Origin: Macrostomum lignano
Lineage: Eukaryota
Direction of reading: 5' to 3'
Length of the DNA: 31,111 bases
Assembly (NCBI GenBank): GCA_002269645.1
Contig: NIVC01001015.1
Location: 1 to 31,111 of the forward strand
This document shows positions 9,594 to 21,473 of the stretch, piece after piece (the first letter of the stretch is position 1; each line of letters opens with the position of its first letter). Position numbers and translations under genes: made by a program. A model generated the notes under the pieces. The model was not told the DNA's origin. It did not search any database and was given only the letters and a program-made list of their open reading frames with translations.

Positions 9594-11498
9594 CTGTTCC
9601 TCTGGGAGATTTGGTTGATCTCGAGTCGTCCTCGTCTTCTTCTTAAGTCGATGTTTTTGCGTATTGGCGAATCAGGCAGCTTTTTTTAAATTGATGTATC
9701 CGTGTATGTTCGCTGGCCTAGTTTCTTCGAACTTTCGAACTTGTTTGGTAGCGGGGTTGCAGGCCGGAACGAGGAGGCGAGGGAAGGCAGTAAATTCTGG
9801 CAGTTTTTCAAGAGCCAACCCGAAATCTCGAAGGTTTTTATTGCGCCGCGCGATCAACTCCCCTCGAGGAGAGGAGAAGAAGGAAAAAATTATAGAAGAA
9901 ATAGAGCGGCAGAAGATGCGGATGTCATTCTCCTCCGCTTTTTATACGGACTGCAGCTTCGCCTGGGTCTGCTTCTCGCATTGGAATCGAATAGCGGAGA
10001 GAACCTGGGGCGAGTCTCCCGGGGTGTCCAAATAATGTGCTGCTTCCTGCTTGTGTTGCTGCTTGCTGGCCAGCTTCTTGAAGACTAGCCGACTGTGGGA
10101 AGGGGGGCGACTTCACATCCCGATCCCGTTGTTGGCGCAATAAAATATGATGGGGAAATTTGAGGGGGGGGGTAGAGTTATCCACCCTCTACAAGAACGA
10201 ATCCTGACCCCGGCGCGCTTCTCGCTCACTGCGCGGTCGAGTGCACGCTTGAATGGCTCTTCATCCAGAGTTTTGGAGTGCCGCTCCGGGAGCTAGCGAA
10301 GTCCAGGGAGTCGGGCCGCTGCGAAATCCGAGAATAGGGAGGGCATATAGCGAGAGATGGAAGGCCTCCAGGGGCGCCCCCCCCCCCCCGATTTTTCGAT
10401 TGGCACACGCGCGCAGCAAGATTGGAACAGGGGCGATGAAGACTCTCTCTACCAAAGGCGAGCCCAACCTGCCTAGTTGCTGCGGCCCCTGCGTCAGCCG
10501 CCCTGCCAATTCTCTGTCATCACTTTGCCCCGAGGGCCGCTTGGGAATAAGGGAATTAATCGTTCCGCGTCCCAGCAGGGGTGCGGCCGCCAAACTTGGT
10601 TGATGATCCCAATTTTTCTCAGCAACCCAATCGCCTCAGGCCGGTGCGCGCAGGTTAGCCCATTTTTTTCTTGTAATAATTCGATCGTCTGGCATCAAGA
10701 AGAGACCGTGCGGCAGCCGTTAGTTGATTTTCGCCCAACACCAGGGCGGGTTGGGGGGAAACATTGCGCCAGACTGGCCGCAACACAAATCCTAGCTATG
10801 CAATCGGGGAAAAGTGCAACGAGAACAAGCCCTGGCGCACACTTCCACCATCGGAGGACGTCACCGCGATTGTCTGTGAACGCCCGAAGACTCAGCTGAG
10901 TGCGCTTATAAAACAGCCACTATTTATATGTAGGTGCAGGACGGCCCCAGAAACCGGTCACGCCCAGCAACTAAAGGAGACATCTATCGGTGTAATTTAC
11001 AATTGTTCTTTGCTCCGCGATCTGTGCACTTGTACGGCCCCTTACGCTTGATTGACTTGCTTATTTTAATTTTGTGGTTCTCTCTCTCTCTAGCACAGAT
11101 TTTGAATCGTGAAACGTGTAGCCCTGCTCAGTCAGCCAAGCAGCCCGCTTTACCTTGTCAATTATGCATTGCAGGTTGAAGTTCTTGAGCTGCTTGCAAC
11201 TAGTAACAAAGAATGGATGATCTTTAATGTTTAATTAAACATCGATGTTTTTATATTGATCTCAGCTCCGTATAGCTGCGGTTTCGTTAGGCCTGAGTGA
11301 TTTTTACAATGTGAGCGTGTCGAGACGGCGAGTTGTGCCCCGTAAAACATTCTCTCATTAAAAAACAGTCTGGATCTGGAATCTTGATCTTGGCTATATA
11401 TATCTGGCACTATCGTTAAGAAGATACAACGCTGTGTAGAGCTGTGTTTGACTCTGTCTAAAGCTTATATAGTTTAGTTATACTCATAGTGCCCTACA

Positions 11499-12364
11499 AT
11501 GGCCCTGACTCTGCCTCTGGCGTCAGATCCGGCGTCAGATCCGGCTGTCAAGTCACCTTCTAGTCCAGCGACAACGCCGCACCACCAGCCGCAGCAGCAG
11601 CAGCCTCCGCCGTCGCCAGCAAAGTTGACGTCTCAACCCGAAGAGATTGGTTCCAACCCTTTCTTAGACGCATTCTTTGCGGTTGACAAAGACCATAGCG
11701 AGTCCATCACATCCGAGGAACTGTCGGATTACATGTCCAATTCTCAGTTTGAGAACAACTTTGGAGAGGTAAATGTATACGCTTATTAAAGTTGTAAAAT
11801 TACTTTACTGAGGTTACACTAAGAAGCTACATGAATGTAACGCCTAAATTCGACGTCACTCTTTCGCTCAGAAATGGATGAAGCTCTTTGACGAAGACGC
11901 TGACGGTACGATCACTCTGGAAGAGTACTGCAACGTACTTGGTCTCAACCCGAAACAGGCGTAAGTCAACTTGGTTTGCTAACGTGCTACATCTGATGTT
12001 GGGTTTTGAATATATTAAAATGAATGCATCACTTAGGAGACTCTATCGCGACAAGAAAGTCAGAGCCGTCTGCTTAAAAGAGAACCGATTGACCGAAGAC
12101 GTCGCCTGCATTTCGGCCAGTATGGAGTTGGAGACGCAGTTAGACGTAATTGAAGTATTTCGCGAGGCTCAGCGTCGCAGTCAGCAGGCCAGAGACATTG
12201 CGGCCTACATGAAAACCCAGCTGGATCAGCAGTTTGGTCGCCTGTGGCATATTGTGCTGCTGACTGGACAGTACTGGGCCAGCTACAGTCACGAGCCGGG
12301 GATGGCGCTATTCTTCAAATCCAACAAGTTCATCGTGATGGCCTGGCGAACGCCCGGCATTTAG
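11499..12364 (+). CDS. Tegument-allergen-like (TAL) protein: two EF-hands + dynein light chain-like domain (3 exons, 228 aa)
   Basis: Exons 11499-11768, 11872-11960 and 12037-12364 join in frame (687 nt) with GTAAAT..CAG and GTAAGT..TAG introns. EF loops DKDHSESITSEE and DEDADGTITLEE; DLC-like IAAYMKTQLDQQFGRLWHIVLLTGQYWASYSHEP; TAL-typical C-terminal WRTP. Confidence 0.9.
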
Positions 12365-12384
12365 GGGCTGTTGTTTCAGTAAGA

Positions 12385-13100
12385 GTGAGTCAGGATGGAT
12401 TGGGGCTGAGTCAGGGTGTATTAAAGTGAAGGTTGAAGGTAAGGTAAAGGTGAATGTTAAGGTGAGTCAGGATGAGTTAAGGTGAGTCAAGAGGAGTTAA
12501 GGTGAGTCAGAATGGGTTAAGGTGAGTCAGAATGGGTTAAGGTGATTCAGGATGATTTAAAGTGAGTCAGGATGCGTTAAGGTGATTCAGGATGATTTAA
12601 GGTGAGTCAGGATGGGTTAAGGTGAGTCAGGATGGGTTAAGGTGAGTCAGAGTGAGTTAAGGTGAGTCAGGATGAGTTAAGGTGAGTCAGAGTGAGTTAA
12701 GGTGAGTCAGGATGAGTTAAGGTGAGTCAGGATGGGTTAAGGTGAGTCAGGATGAGTTAAGGTGAGTCAGGATGGGTTAAGGTGAGTCAGGATGAGTTAA
12801 GGTGAGTCAGGATGGGTTAAGGTGAGTCAGGATGAGTTAAGGTGAGTCAGAGTGAGTTAAGGTGAGTCAGGATGAGTTAAGGTGAGTCAGGATGGGTTAA
12901 GGTGAGTCAGGATGAGTTAAGGTGAGTCAGGATGGGTTAAGGTGAGTCAGGATGAGTTAAGGTGAGTCAGGATGGGTTAAGGTGAGTCAGGATGAGTTAA
13001 GGTGAGTCAGAGTGAGTTAAGGTGAGTCAGGATGAGTTAAGGTGAGTCAGGATGGGTTAAGGTGAGTCAGGATGGGTTAAGGTGAGTCAGGATGAGTCCG
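12385..13100. repeat. 20 bp minisatellite downstream of the TAL stop codon
   Basis: 32 in-register units ggtgagtcaggatg(a/g)gttaa starting at 12461 through 13081, plus degenerate upstream copies. Confidence 0.95.
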
Positions 13101-13175
13101 ACTGAGTCTATGTTGAGGGTGTTCACTCTAATGCAACAGAAGAGTATAGTCACTTTAGGCAGCCACAATACTGTA

Positions 13176-13181
13176 AATAAA
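13176..13181 (+). terminator. Candidate polyadenylation signal of the TAL gene
   Basis: First AATAAA seen after the 20-bp array, followed by T-rich sequence. Confidence 0.4.
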
Positions 13182-13923
13182 TTTTTATACACAAGTTTTA
13201 TCCAAAGCTTTACGAGCTACCTGCACCAATTAAAGCGCACTGATAAGCAACCAAATTTTTTAATTTTTAATTAAAGCCATAATCTTAAACTTCCTGTACA
13301 TGCCAACATCTTGAAAAAAAGAATTTTTGCAATAATTCTTTTCTTGTAAATAAAAGTAAACTAAGGCGGCTCTGTGCTTATTGATGTTTGTCTGGAGTCC
13401 AGAGGTTTATTATTTTGCTCTTAGCTAATCTGGCATCTTACCAAACAGTTTCTTAAACCGATTCCTTTAATCGATTGTTTTGAGTAAGTTGGTGATAAAA
13501 TTTAAAACTGCGATTGTCAAAGCAACCAATCTAAAATCAGTTAATTATATGAAGCAGAAAAATCATCACATCGATAAAAAATTAGGATTTACAAAATTTA
13601 GCCAGGAAACAGTAAGTAGGTAGCATTAATATTGTAGTTGCAACTATTTAAATTAATGATAACATTACAATAGGAAAATCATATAAATGACTAATTATAA
13701 ATACCCGCAAGCAGACGGTCGGAAGTTAACATTAACGTCGTTTGTAGCGACGCAACAAAATTTTAGTTGGTGTCTTTCCTGGTTAAATTCACCCAATTTT
13801 TTGTGAAGATTTTGTACAAACTAGCACCCAATGGGGAGGGATTTTCGGTCGGGTCCAGGGGTGGGTCAGAAGCAGGTCAAGGCAGGTCACAAGTCAGAAG
13901 TCACGCGTAGGGGTTCAGGTCAG

Positions 13924-15713
13924 TCACACTCGTCGCTTGATGCCGAAATCCTCGAAGTCCAGCATGGCGTCTTCCTCCTTGGAGACGTGCAGGATTCTTC
14001 GTTGCAGGCCGATGCTGGCCGGCTTAAAGTTCTCTCCGTCGTTGGCCTCCTTGATGGATTTGACGGCTTCCACGGTCTGAGGAATTTTTTCAATTGGTTT
14101 TGGTTGCATTTCGTAAAAAACCATAAACATTTAATGTCAGGTATACTCTACTGACAAAAGTAGAAATGAAAACATTTTTTCGAGAATTTTCGTAAAAATC
14201 TATAGATGTTTCATGCAAGAGATACTCTACTGAAGAAAGTAGAAATGGAAACATTTTTCGATAACTTTTTCTACCAACAGTAAACATAAAAGCATTTTAT
14301 GCATTTTAGGTTTTTGCATAGATCAAATTATGTGAGCTTTTTCTCACCCAGTCGAAGACGGCGAATGCGGCCGGACTCTGCAGGGCCATCTCGCGCCTGT
14401 CGATGCCGCTGAGAATCTGCTGACTGCGCGCGGCGATGCGCGGATCAACGCTGGTAGCGTCGAAGCCACCATTGGCGAGGCGTTCGACGCCCTTCAGCAG
14501 CGGCTGGCAGCGCTTCCATTTCTGGAGGGAATTCATTGAAATGGGCGCGCTTGTTGTCAGTGAGAGGCTTCATCACTGATTTGAAGAGGGAGAATCTGCA
14601 GTGCGCACTTCGATCTTAAACTAATTGCATTTCATTTGCTTCCCGAATTCCCTCCATTTCTCTACCGGAATCCCCTCCATTTCTCTACCGGAATTCCCTC
14701 CATTTCTCTACCGGAATCCCCTCCATTTCTCTACCGGAATCCCTCAATTTGTCTCCATGAATTCCCTCCATTTCTCTACCGGAATCCCTCCATTTCTCTC
14801 CATGAATTCCCTCAATTTCTCTACCAGAATTCCCTCCATTTCTCTACCGGAATTCCCTCCATTTCTCTACCGGAATCCCCTCCATTTCTCTACCGGAATC
14901 CCCTCCATTTCTCTACCGGAATTCCCTCCATTTCTCTACCGGAATCCCTCAATTTGTCTCCAGGAATTCCCTCCATTTCTCTACTGGAATCCCTCCATTT
15001 CTCTACTGGAACCCCTCCATTTCTCTACCGGAATCCCTCAATTTGTCTCCAGGAATTCCCTCCATTTCTCTACCGGAACCCCTCCATTTCTCTACTGGAA
15101 TTCCCTCCATTTCTCTACCGGAATTCCCTCCATTTCTCTACCGGAATCCCCTCCATTTTTCTACCGGAACCCCTCCATTTCTCTCCATGAATTCCCTCCA
15201 TTTCTCTACCGGAATTCCCTCCATTTCTCTACCGGAATCCCCTCCATTTTTCTACCGGAACTCCCTTCATCTACGCCTGGCCAAGTCCCAAGCTGCTGCT
15301 GCAGCCAGTCAAACGCTCACCCTGGTCCGTTTTTCATAGTTGCCAGCCAGCAGCAGCAGGGCCCGCACAGTTTTGTGCACCGACTCCACCGGTCGCTGGT
15401 AGGCCCGAAGCTCCAGCAGGCTGCGCGCTGTCATCATCGACTGCTGCTGTTGCTTCTTTTGCATGTCAACGCTGTTCAACTTCCGTTCGCGTTCGATCAG
15501 CTCGTCAGCTTCTTCCAGCTCTGAGCGCAGCATCAGCCGCTGATTGTCTGTCAGACTCTCCGACTTCACCTGCTCCACCAGCTGGGTCAGCCGGCCGACA
15601 CTGCGATACTTCTTCGATCGGCTGATGGCCGAGCGGAGGACTGCGGAGTATGAGCGGGTCTTGCTGCAGACAGACAGACAGACAGACAGACAGACGGACA
15701 GACAGACGGACAG

Positions 15714-15755
<42 letters not shown>

Positions 15756-15797
15756 ACAGACAGACAGACGGACAGACAGACGGGCAGACAGACGGGC

Positions 15798-15841
<44 letters not shown>

Positions 15842-18800
15842 GGGCAGACAGACGGGCAGACAGACGGGCAGACAGACGGGCAGACAGACGGGACAGACAG
15901 ACGACAGACAGACGGGCAGACAGACGGGCAGACAGACGGGCAGACAGACAGACAGACAGACGGGTAGACAGACGGGCAGACAGACGGGCAGACAGACGGG
16001 CAGACAGACGGGCAGACAGACGGACAGACAGACGGACAGACAGACGGACAGACAGACGGGCAGACAGACGGGCAGACAGACGGGCAGACAGACGGACAGA
16101 CAGACGGGCAGACAGACAGACAGACAGACGGACAGACAGACAGACAGACAGACGGGCAGACTCACTTTTCCGCTGCTCCAGAGCGTGCAGTGTCAGCTTG
16201 GCCTCCTTGAGCTTCTTCACCTCGCGCTCCTTCAGCATGATCCGCTCGGCAGCGGCCTCGGTCTCGGAGATGGCATCGCCAATTCTGTCGGCGTTGCGCG
16301 CTTGGCCAGCAGGGCGGAGTCGAGCTCGGCAAAGCGCAGCTTCAGCTGCTCCCGCCGCGGCGAAGTCTTGGAACCTCCGGCGCCCTGCTGTTTGGCCGTT
16401 GGCTGGCCTCTGCCCTGCGATTGTTCGATAGAGAAAAAAGCCATCAGCTGAGATTTTAACTATAAAAGCTTTTCTCGTAAAACTGTCACTCACGGTAAAG
16501 CTACTCACAGTAGTCACTGCTCTACCGGGCGACACACCACCAGAAGGCCGAGGCGATCTGACGGGCGGAAGCGTTTTCTGCTTCGAAGAATGAGAAGCAG
16601 CAACTGGCTGCTCCTGTGGCTGCTTTGTTGGCTTCCTTTGATCTTTAGCGGCTTGTGCCTCGTCAGCTGCGAAAGCTGCCGGTTGAGCCTCCCCGGCTGG
16701 GGTAGCTTCCGGTTGAGCCTCCTCGGCTGGAGCAGCTTCCGGTTGAGTCTCCTCGGCTGGGGCAGCATCCGGTTGAGCCTCCTCGGCTGGGGTAGCTTCC
16801 GGTTGAGCCTCCTCGGCTGGGGTAGCTTCCGGTTGAGCCTCCTCGGCTTGAGCGGCTTCCGATTGAGTCTCCTCGGCTGGGGCAGCTTCCGGTTGAGCTT
16901 CATCAGTCACTGGCTGCGCATCATCGGCTGGGGTAGCTTCCGGTTGAGCCTCCTCGGCTTGAGCGGCTTCCGGTTGAGTCTCCTCGGCTGGGGCAGCTTC
17001 CGGTTGAGCCTCCTCGGCTTGAGCGGCTTCCGGTTGAGTCTCCTCGGCTGGGGCAGCTTCCGGTTGAGCTTCATCAGCCACTGGCTGCGCATCATCGGCT
17101 GGGGTAGCTTCCGGTTGAGCCTCCTCGGCTGGGGCAGCTTTTGGTTGAGCTTCATCAGCCACTGGCTGTGCATCATCGACTGGAGCATCTTCCGGTTGAG
17201 CCTCATTTTTTGGGATAGCTTCCGGTTGAGCCTCATCAACCACTGGCTGCGCATCCTCGGCTGAAGCAGCTTCCGGTTGAGCCTCGGCTTGAGCGGCTTC
17301 CGGTTGAGTCTCCTCGGCTGGGGCAGCTTCCGGTTGAGCTTCATCAGTCACTCGCTGCGCATCATCGGCTGGGGTAGCTTCCGGTTGAGCCTCATCAACC
17401 ACTGGCTGCGCATCCTCGGCTGAAGCAGCTTCCAGTTGAGCCTCCTCGGCTGGGGCAGCTTCCGGTTGAGCATCGTCGGCTGGGGCAGCTTCCGGTTGAG
17501 CCTCATCTTTTGGGGTAACTTCCGGTTGAGCCTCATCAGCCACTGGCTGCGCATCCTCGGCTGGGGTAGCTTCCGGTTGAGCCTCATCAGCCACTGGCTG
17601 CGCATCCTCGGCTGGGGTAGCTTCCGGTTGAGCCTCATCAGCCACTGGCTGCGCATCCTCGGCTGGGGCGGCTTCCAGTTGAGCCTTCTCGGCTGGTGCA
17701 GCTTCCGGTTGTGCCTCATCAGCCACTGGCTGCGCACCCTTGGCTTGGGTAGCTTCCGGTAGAGCCTCCTCAGCTGGGCCAGCTTCTGGTTGAGCCTCAT
17801 CGGCTGGGGCAGTTTCCGGTTGAGCCTCCTCGGTAGAGACAGCTTCCGGTTTAGCCTCATCGGCAGAGGCAGCTTCTGGTTTAGCCTCATCGGTAGAGGC
17901 AGATTCCGGTTGAGCCTCATCGGTAGAGGCAGCTTCCGGTTTAGCCTCAGCGGCAGAGGCAGCTTCCTGTTTAGCCTCATCGGTAGAGGCAGCTTCCGGT
18001 TGAACTTCATAGACTTGGGCAGCTTTCGCTTGATCCTCACCAGCCACTGGCTGCGCATCCTCGGCTGGGGCAGCTTCCGGTTGACCATCATTAGCGGAGG
18101 CAGCTTCTGGTTTAGGCTCATCGGTTGAGGCAGTTTTCGTTGAGCCTCATCAGCAACTGTCTGCGCATCCTCGGCTGGGGCAGCTTCCGGTTTAGCTTCT
18201 TCGGTTGAGGCATCTTCTAGTTTAGCCTCCTTGGTCAAGGCAGCTTCCGGTTGAACCTCATCAGCTTGTGAAGCTTCTTGCGCTTGAGCCTCATCGGCTT
18301 GAGCAGCTTCTTCTGGTTGAGCGTCATCGGCTTGAGCAGCTTCTTCTGGTTGAGCGTCATCGGCTTGAGCAGCTTCTGGTTGAGCCTCATCGGCTTGAGC
18401 AGCTTCTGGTTGAGCCTCTCGGCTGGAGCAGCTTCCTTTTGAGCATCATCGGATTGAGCAGCTTCTTCTGGTTGATCGTCATCGGCTTGAGCAGCTTCAG
18501 ATTGAGCCTCATCGGCTTGAGCAGCTTCCTTTTGAGCATCATCGGGTTGTGCAGCTTCCTTTTGAGCATCATCGGATTGAGCAGCTTCTTCTGGTTGAGC
18601 CTCATCGGCTTGAGCAGCTTCCGGTTGAGCCTCACTGGCTTGAGCAGCTTCCGGTTGAGCCTCACTGGCTTGAGCAGCTTCCGGTTGAGCCTCATCGGCT
18701 GGAGCAGCTTCCTTTTGAGCATCATCGGATTGAGCAGCTTCTTCTGGTTGATCGTCATCGGCTTGAGCAGCTTCCTTTTGAGCATCATCGGATTGAGCAG

Positions 18801-21039
18801 CTTCTTCTGGTTGATCGTCATCGGCTTGAGCAGCTTCCTTTTGAGCATCATCGGATTGAGCAGCTTCTTCTGGTTGATCGTCATCGGCTTGAGCAGCTTC
18901 AGATTGAGCCTCATCGGCTGGAGCAGCTTCCTTTTGAGCATCATCGGGTTGTGCAGCTTCCTTTTGAGCATCATCGGATTGAGCAGCTTCTTCTGGTTGA
19001 GCCTCATCGGCTTGAGCAGCTTCCGGTTGAGCCTCACTGGCTTGAGCAGCTTCCGGTTGAGCCTCACTGGCTTGAGCAGCTTCCGGTTGAGCCTCATCGG
19101 CTGGAGCAGCTTCCTTTTGAGCATCATCGATTGAGCAGCTTCTTCTGGTTGATCGTCATCGGCTTGAGCAGCTTCCTTTTGAGCATCATCGGATTGAGCA
19201 GCTTCTTCTGGTTGATCGTCATCGGCTTGAGCAGCTTCAGATTGAGCCTCATCGGCTTGAGCAGCTTCCTTTTGAGCATCATCGGGTTGTGCAGCTTCCT
19301 TTTGAGCATCATCGGATTGAGCAGCTTCTTTTGGTTGAGCCTCATCGGCTTGAGCAGCTTCCGGTTGAGCCTCACTGGCTTGAGCAGCTTCCGGTTGAGC
19401 CTCATCGGCTTGAGCAGCTTCCGGTTGAGCCTCATCGGCTTGAGCAGCTTCCGGTTGAGCTTCATCGGCTTGAGCAGCTTCCGGTTGAGCATCATTGGCT
19501 TGAGCAGCTTTTTCTGGTTGAGCGTCATCGGCTTGAGCAGCTTCCGGTTGAGCCTCATTGGCTTGAGCAGCTTCAGGTTGAGCCTCATCGGCTTGAGCAG
19601 CTTCCTTTTGAGCATCATCGGCTTGTGAAGCTTCCTTTTGAGCGTCATCGGCTTGAGCAGCTTCCGGTTGAGCCTCATTGGCTTGAGCAGCTTCCTTTTG
19701 ACCATCATCGGATTGAGCAGCTTCTTCTGGTTGAGTGTCATCGCTTTGAGCAGCTTCTTTTTGAGCGCCATCGGCTTCAACAGCTTCCTGTTGAGCGTCA
19801 TCGGCTGGGGCAGCTTCCTTTTGAGCCTCATCGGCTTGAACAGCTTCCTGTTGAGCGTCATCGGCTGGGGCAGCTTCGTTTTGAGCCTCATCGGCTTGAA
19901 CAGCTTCCTGTTGAGCGTCGTCGGCTGGGGCAGTATCAGGTTGAGCGTCATCAGCTGGAGCAGCTTCCTTTTGAGCATCATCGGATTGAACAGCTTCCGG
20001 TTGAGCCTCATTAGCTTGATCAGCTTCCGGTTGAGCCTCATTAGCTTGAGCATCTTCAGCTTGGGAATCATTCTCTTGTGCGTTGTGCTCTTGATAAGCT
20101 TCTACTTTAGCTTCATCAGCTTGAGCAGCTTCTTTTCGCTGAGCGTCATCGCCTTGAGCAGCTTTCGGTTGAGCATCGTCGGCTGGAGCAGCTTCCGGTT
20201 GAGCATTGTCGGCTGGAGCAGCTTCTGGTTGAGCATCGTCGGCTGGAGCAGCTTTTGGTTGAGCCTCATCGGCTTGAGCAGCTTCTAATTGCTTAGTCCC
20301 TCCAAGGGGCTCCGCAGCTGGTTCAGGTGCCGTGTCCTGTCTTACTGACACTCTGTCGCCTTCACTACGGCCGTTCTTAGGGCTCTGTTGACGGATGAAA
20401 AAGTTTGGAAGTGACAAATATGTTTATAGTCGAGTACATCGATAGGCTCGTACTATGGAGTAGACAAGTAGATTTGATTGGCTGTTATTATGCTCGTAAA
20501 TAGTGCAAAAATATAACGTCGGTATCAAATGCGTATGAAATAATAAAGCGGTGATGTAAACAGGCCTTCCTTAAAGTGTGAGCAGATCGCTGACTTTCGC
20601 GCCACCCTGTGTGAGCGCGTGTGCATGAGTGCGTGCCTGCGTGCAACATTGGCGAGCTCGTATGTGCTCAGGAGTGAGCGGAGACGATGTCGCTGAAGGC
20701 ATGTTACCGGGGTGCCCACGGACCTTTTGTACTCGTAATAATAATTATTATTATTATTATGCTAGTAATTCATTTTTTGGTAACTCTGTAAGACTCAGTA
20801 ATGAAAGACTCAGTTATGAAATGTTTTGAGCACAAGTATTCAACTTCATACGGTTATAATTGTGCAAATTTGGCTACAGAATTCACGCTAGCCAGCAGGT
20901 AACCTATTGAAGTTAGTGTTGAAGCGCTTGCAAACTTGCTATGTCGGTAATGCATTTTTCAGAGAAAACCAGCAATGAAAGCGAAGCAACTCACCGCCGC
21001 CCGCTGCTCAGCAGCCAACTCAGTCGAGGCTTCTGTCAT
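13924..21039 (-). CDS. Acidic-repeat protein with C-terminal dynein-stalk MTBD-like module (6 exons, ~1,600 aa after frameshift correction)
   Basis: Model: 21039-20995 (MTEASTELAAEQRAA|GTGAGT), 20384-16509 (giant E/A/Q/P/D repeat exon), 16414-16166, 15663-15321 (LLELRAYQRPVESVHKTVRALLLLAGNYEKRTR|GTGAGC), 14521-14348 (KWKRCQPLL...SPAAFAVFDW|GTGAGA), 14076-13924 (TVEAVKSI...FKPA...). Needs single-base insertions near 19129, 18418, 18139, 16295 and probably at the 16166/15663 junction. Confidence 0.72.
14640..15262. repeat. 20/21 bp intronic minisatellite
   Basis: Unit ccctccatttctctaccggaat(t)c in the intron 15320-14522; explains ORFs 14625-15524 and 14636-15190. Confidence 0.92.
15667..16160. 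repeat. (CAGA)n / (CAGACAGACGGG)n compound microsatellite
   Basis: Pure cagaca/gacgg/gacggg units bounded on the minus strand by GTGAGT and TCTGCAG. Confidence 0.95.
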
Positions 21040-21240
21040 CTCGCAACTTCGGTGTGACTGACCCTACTGGCCCGCGTTTTTAACTTTTTGACTCAAACGA
21101 AAGTCTGTTACGAGCTAAAGCTAACCAACTCGCTCCGAGTCTGAGACCGCCGGAATTTATCAGCTGTCACCCACTTTATTGTCTCTCTCTCTCTTCACTA
21201 TGACAACGGCGGGCGTTCTTCATTTATCTTTAGGACTGGA

Positions 21241-21242
<2 letters not shown>

Positions 21243-21272
<30 letters not shown>
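21243..21272. repeat. (CT)n dinucleotide microsatellite
   Basis: About 15 tandem TC units. Confidence 0.8.
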
Positions 21273-21273
<1 letters not shown>

Positions 21274-21473
21274 GCTGAGATTAGACAACTAAACTAACAA
21301 GTTCAGACCCAGCAAAGAATCGACAGCAACACAGTTTGTTCGCAAGTGCAGGTTAATAGAGAGAAAGACACGATTAAGAGACCAAAAAAACACACGCAGC
21401 AATGCTTGCTTGCGTTCACTCCTTGCCAACCAGCGACTCGAACGTCGAGCAGGGGGGAGGGGGAGAGTTGGCG

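Noticed and set aside
14625-15524. 299-aa plus-strand ORF
   Set aside because: Translation of the 20/21-bp intronic minisatellite plus the antisense of a real exon.
15544-16431. RQTD/RRAD-repeat ORF on the plus strand
   Set aside because: Antisense reading of the CAGA microsatellite; no independent support.
16514-20288. Many long overlapping ORFs (MRLNRKLPQP..., WGSFRLSL..., EPHRLEQL...)
   Set aside because: Shadow frames and antisense of the acidic repeat exon; only the E/A/Q/P frame links to splice sites and downstream homology.
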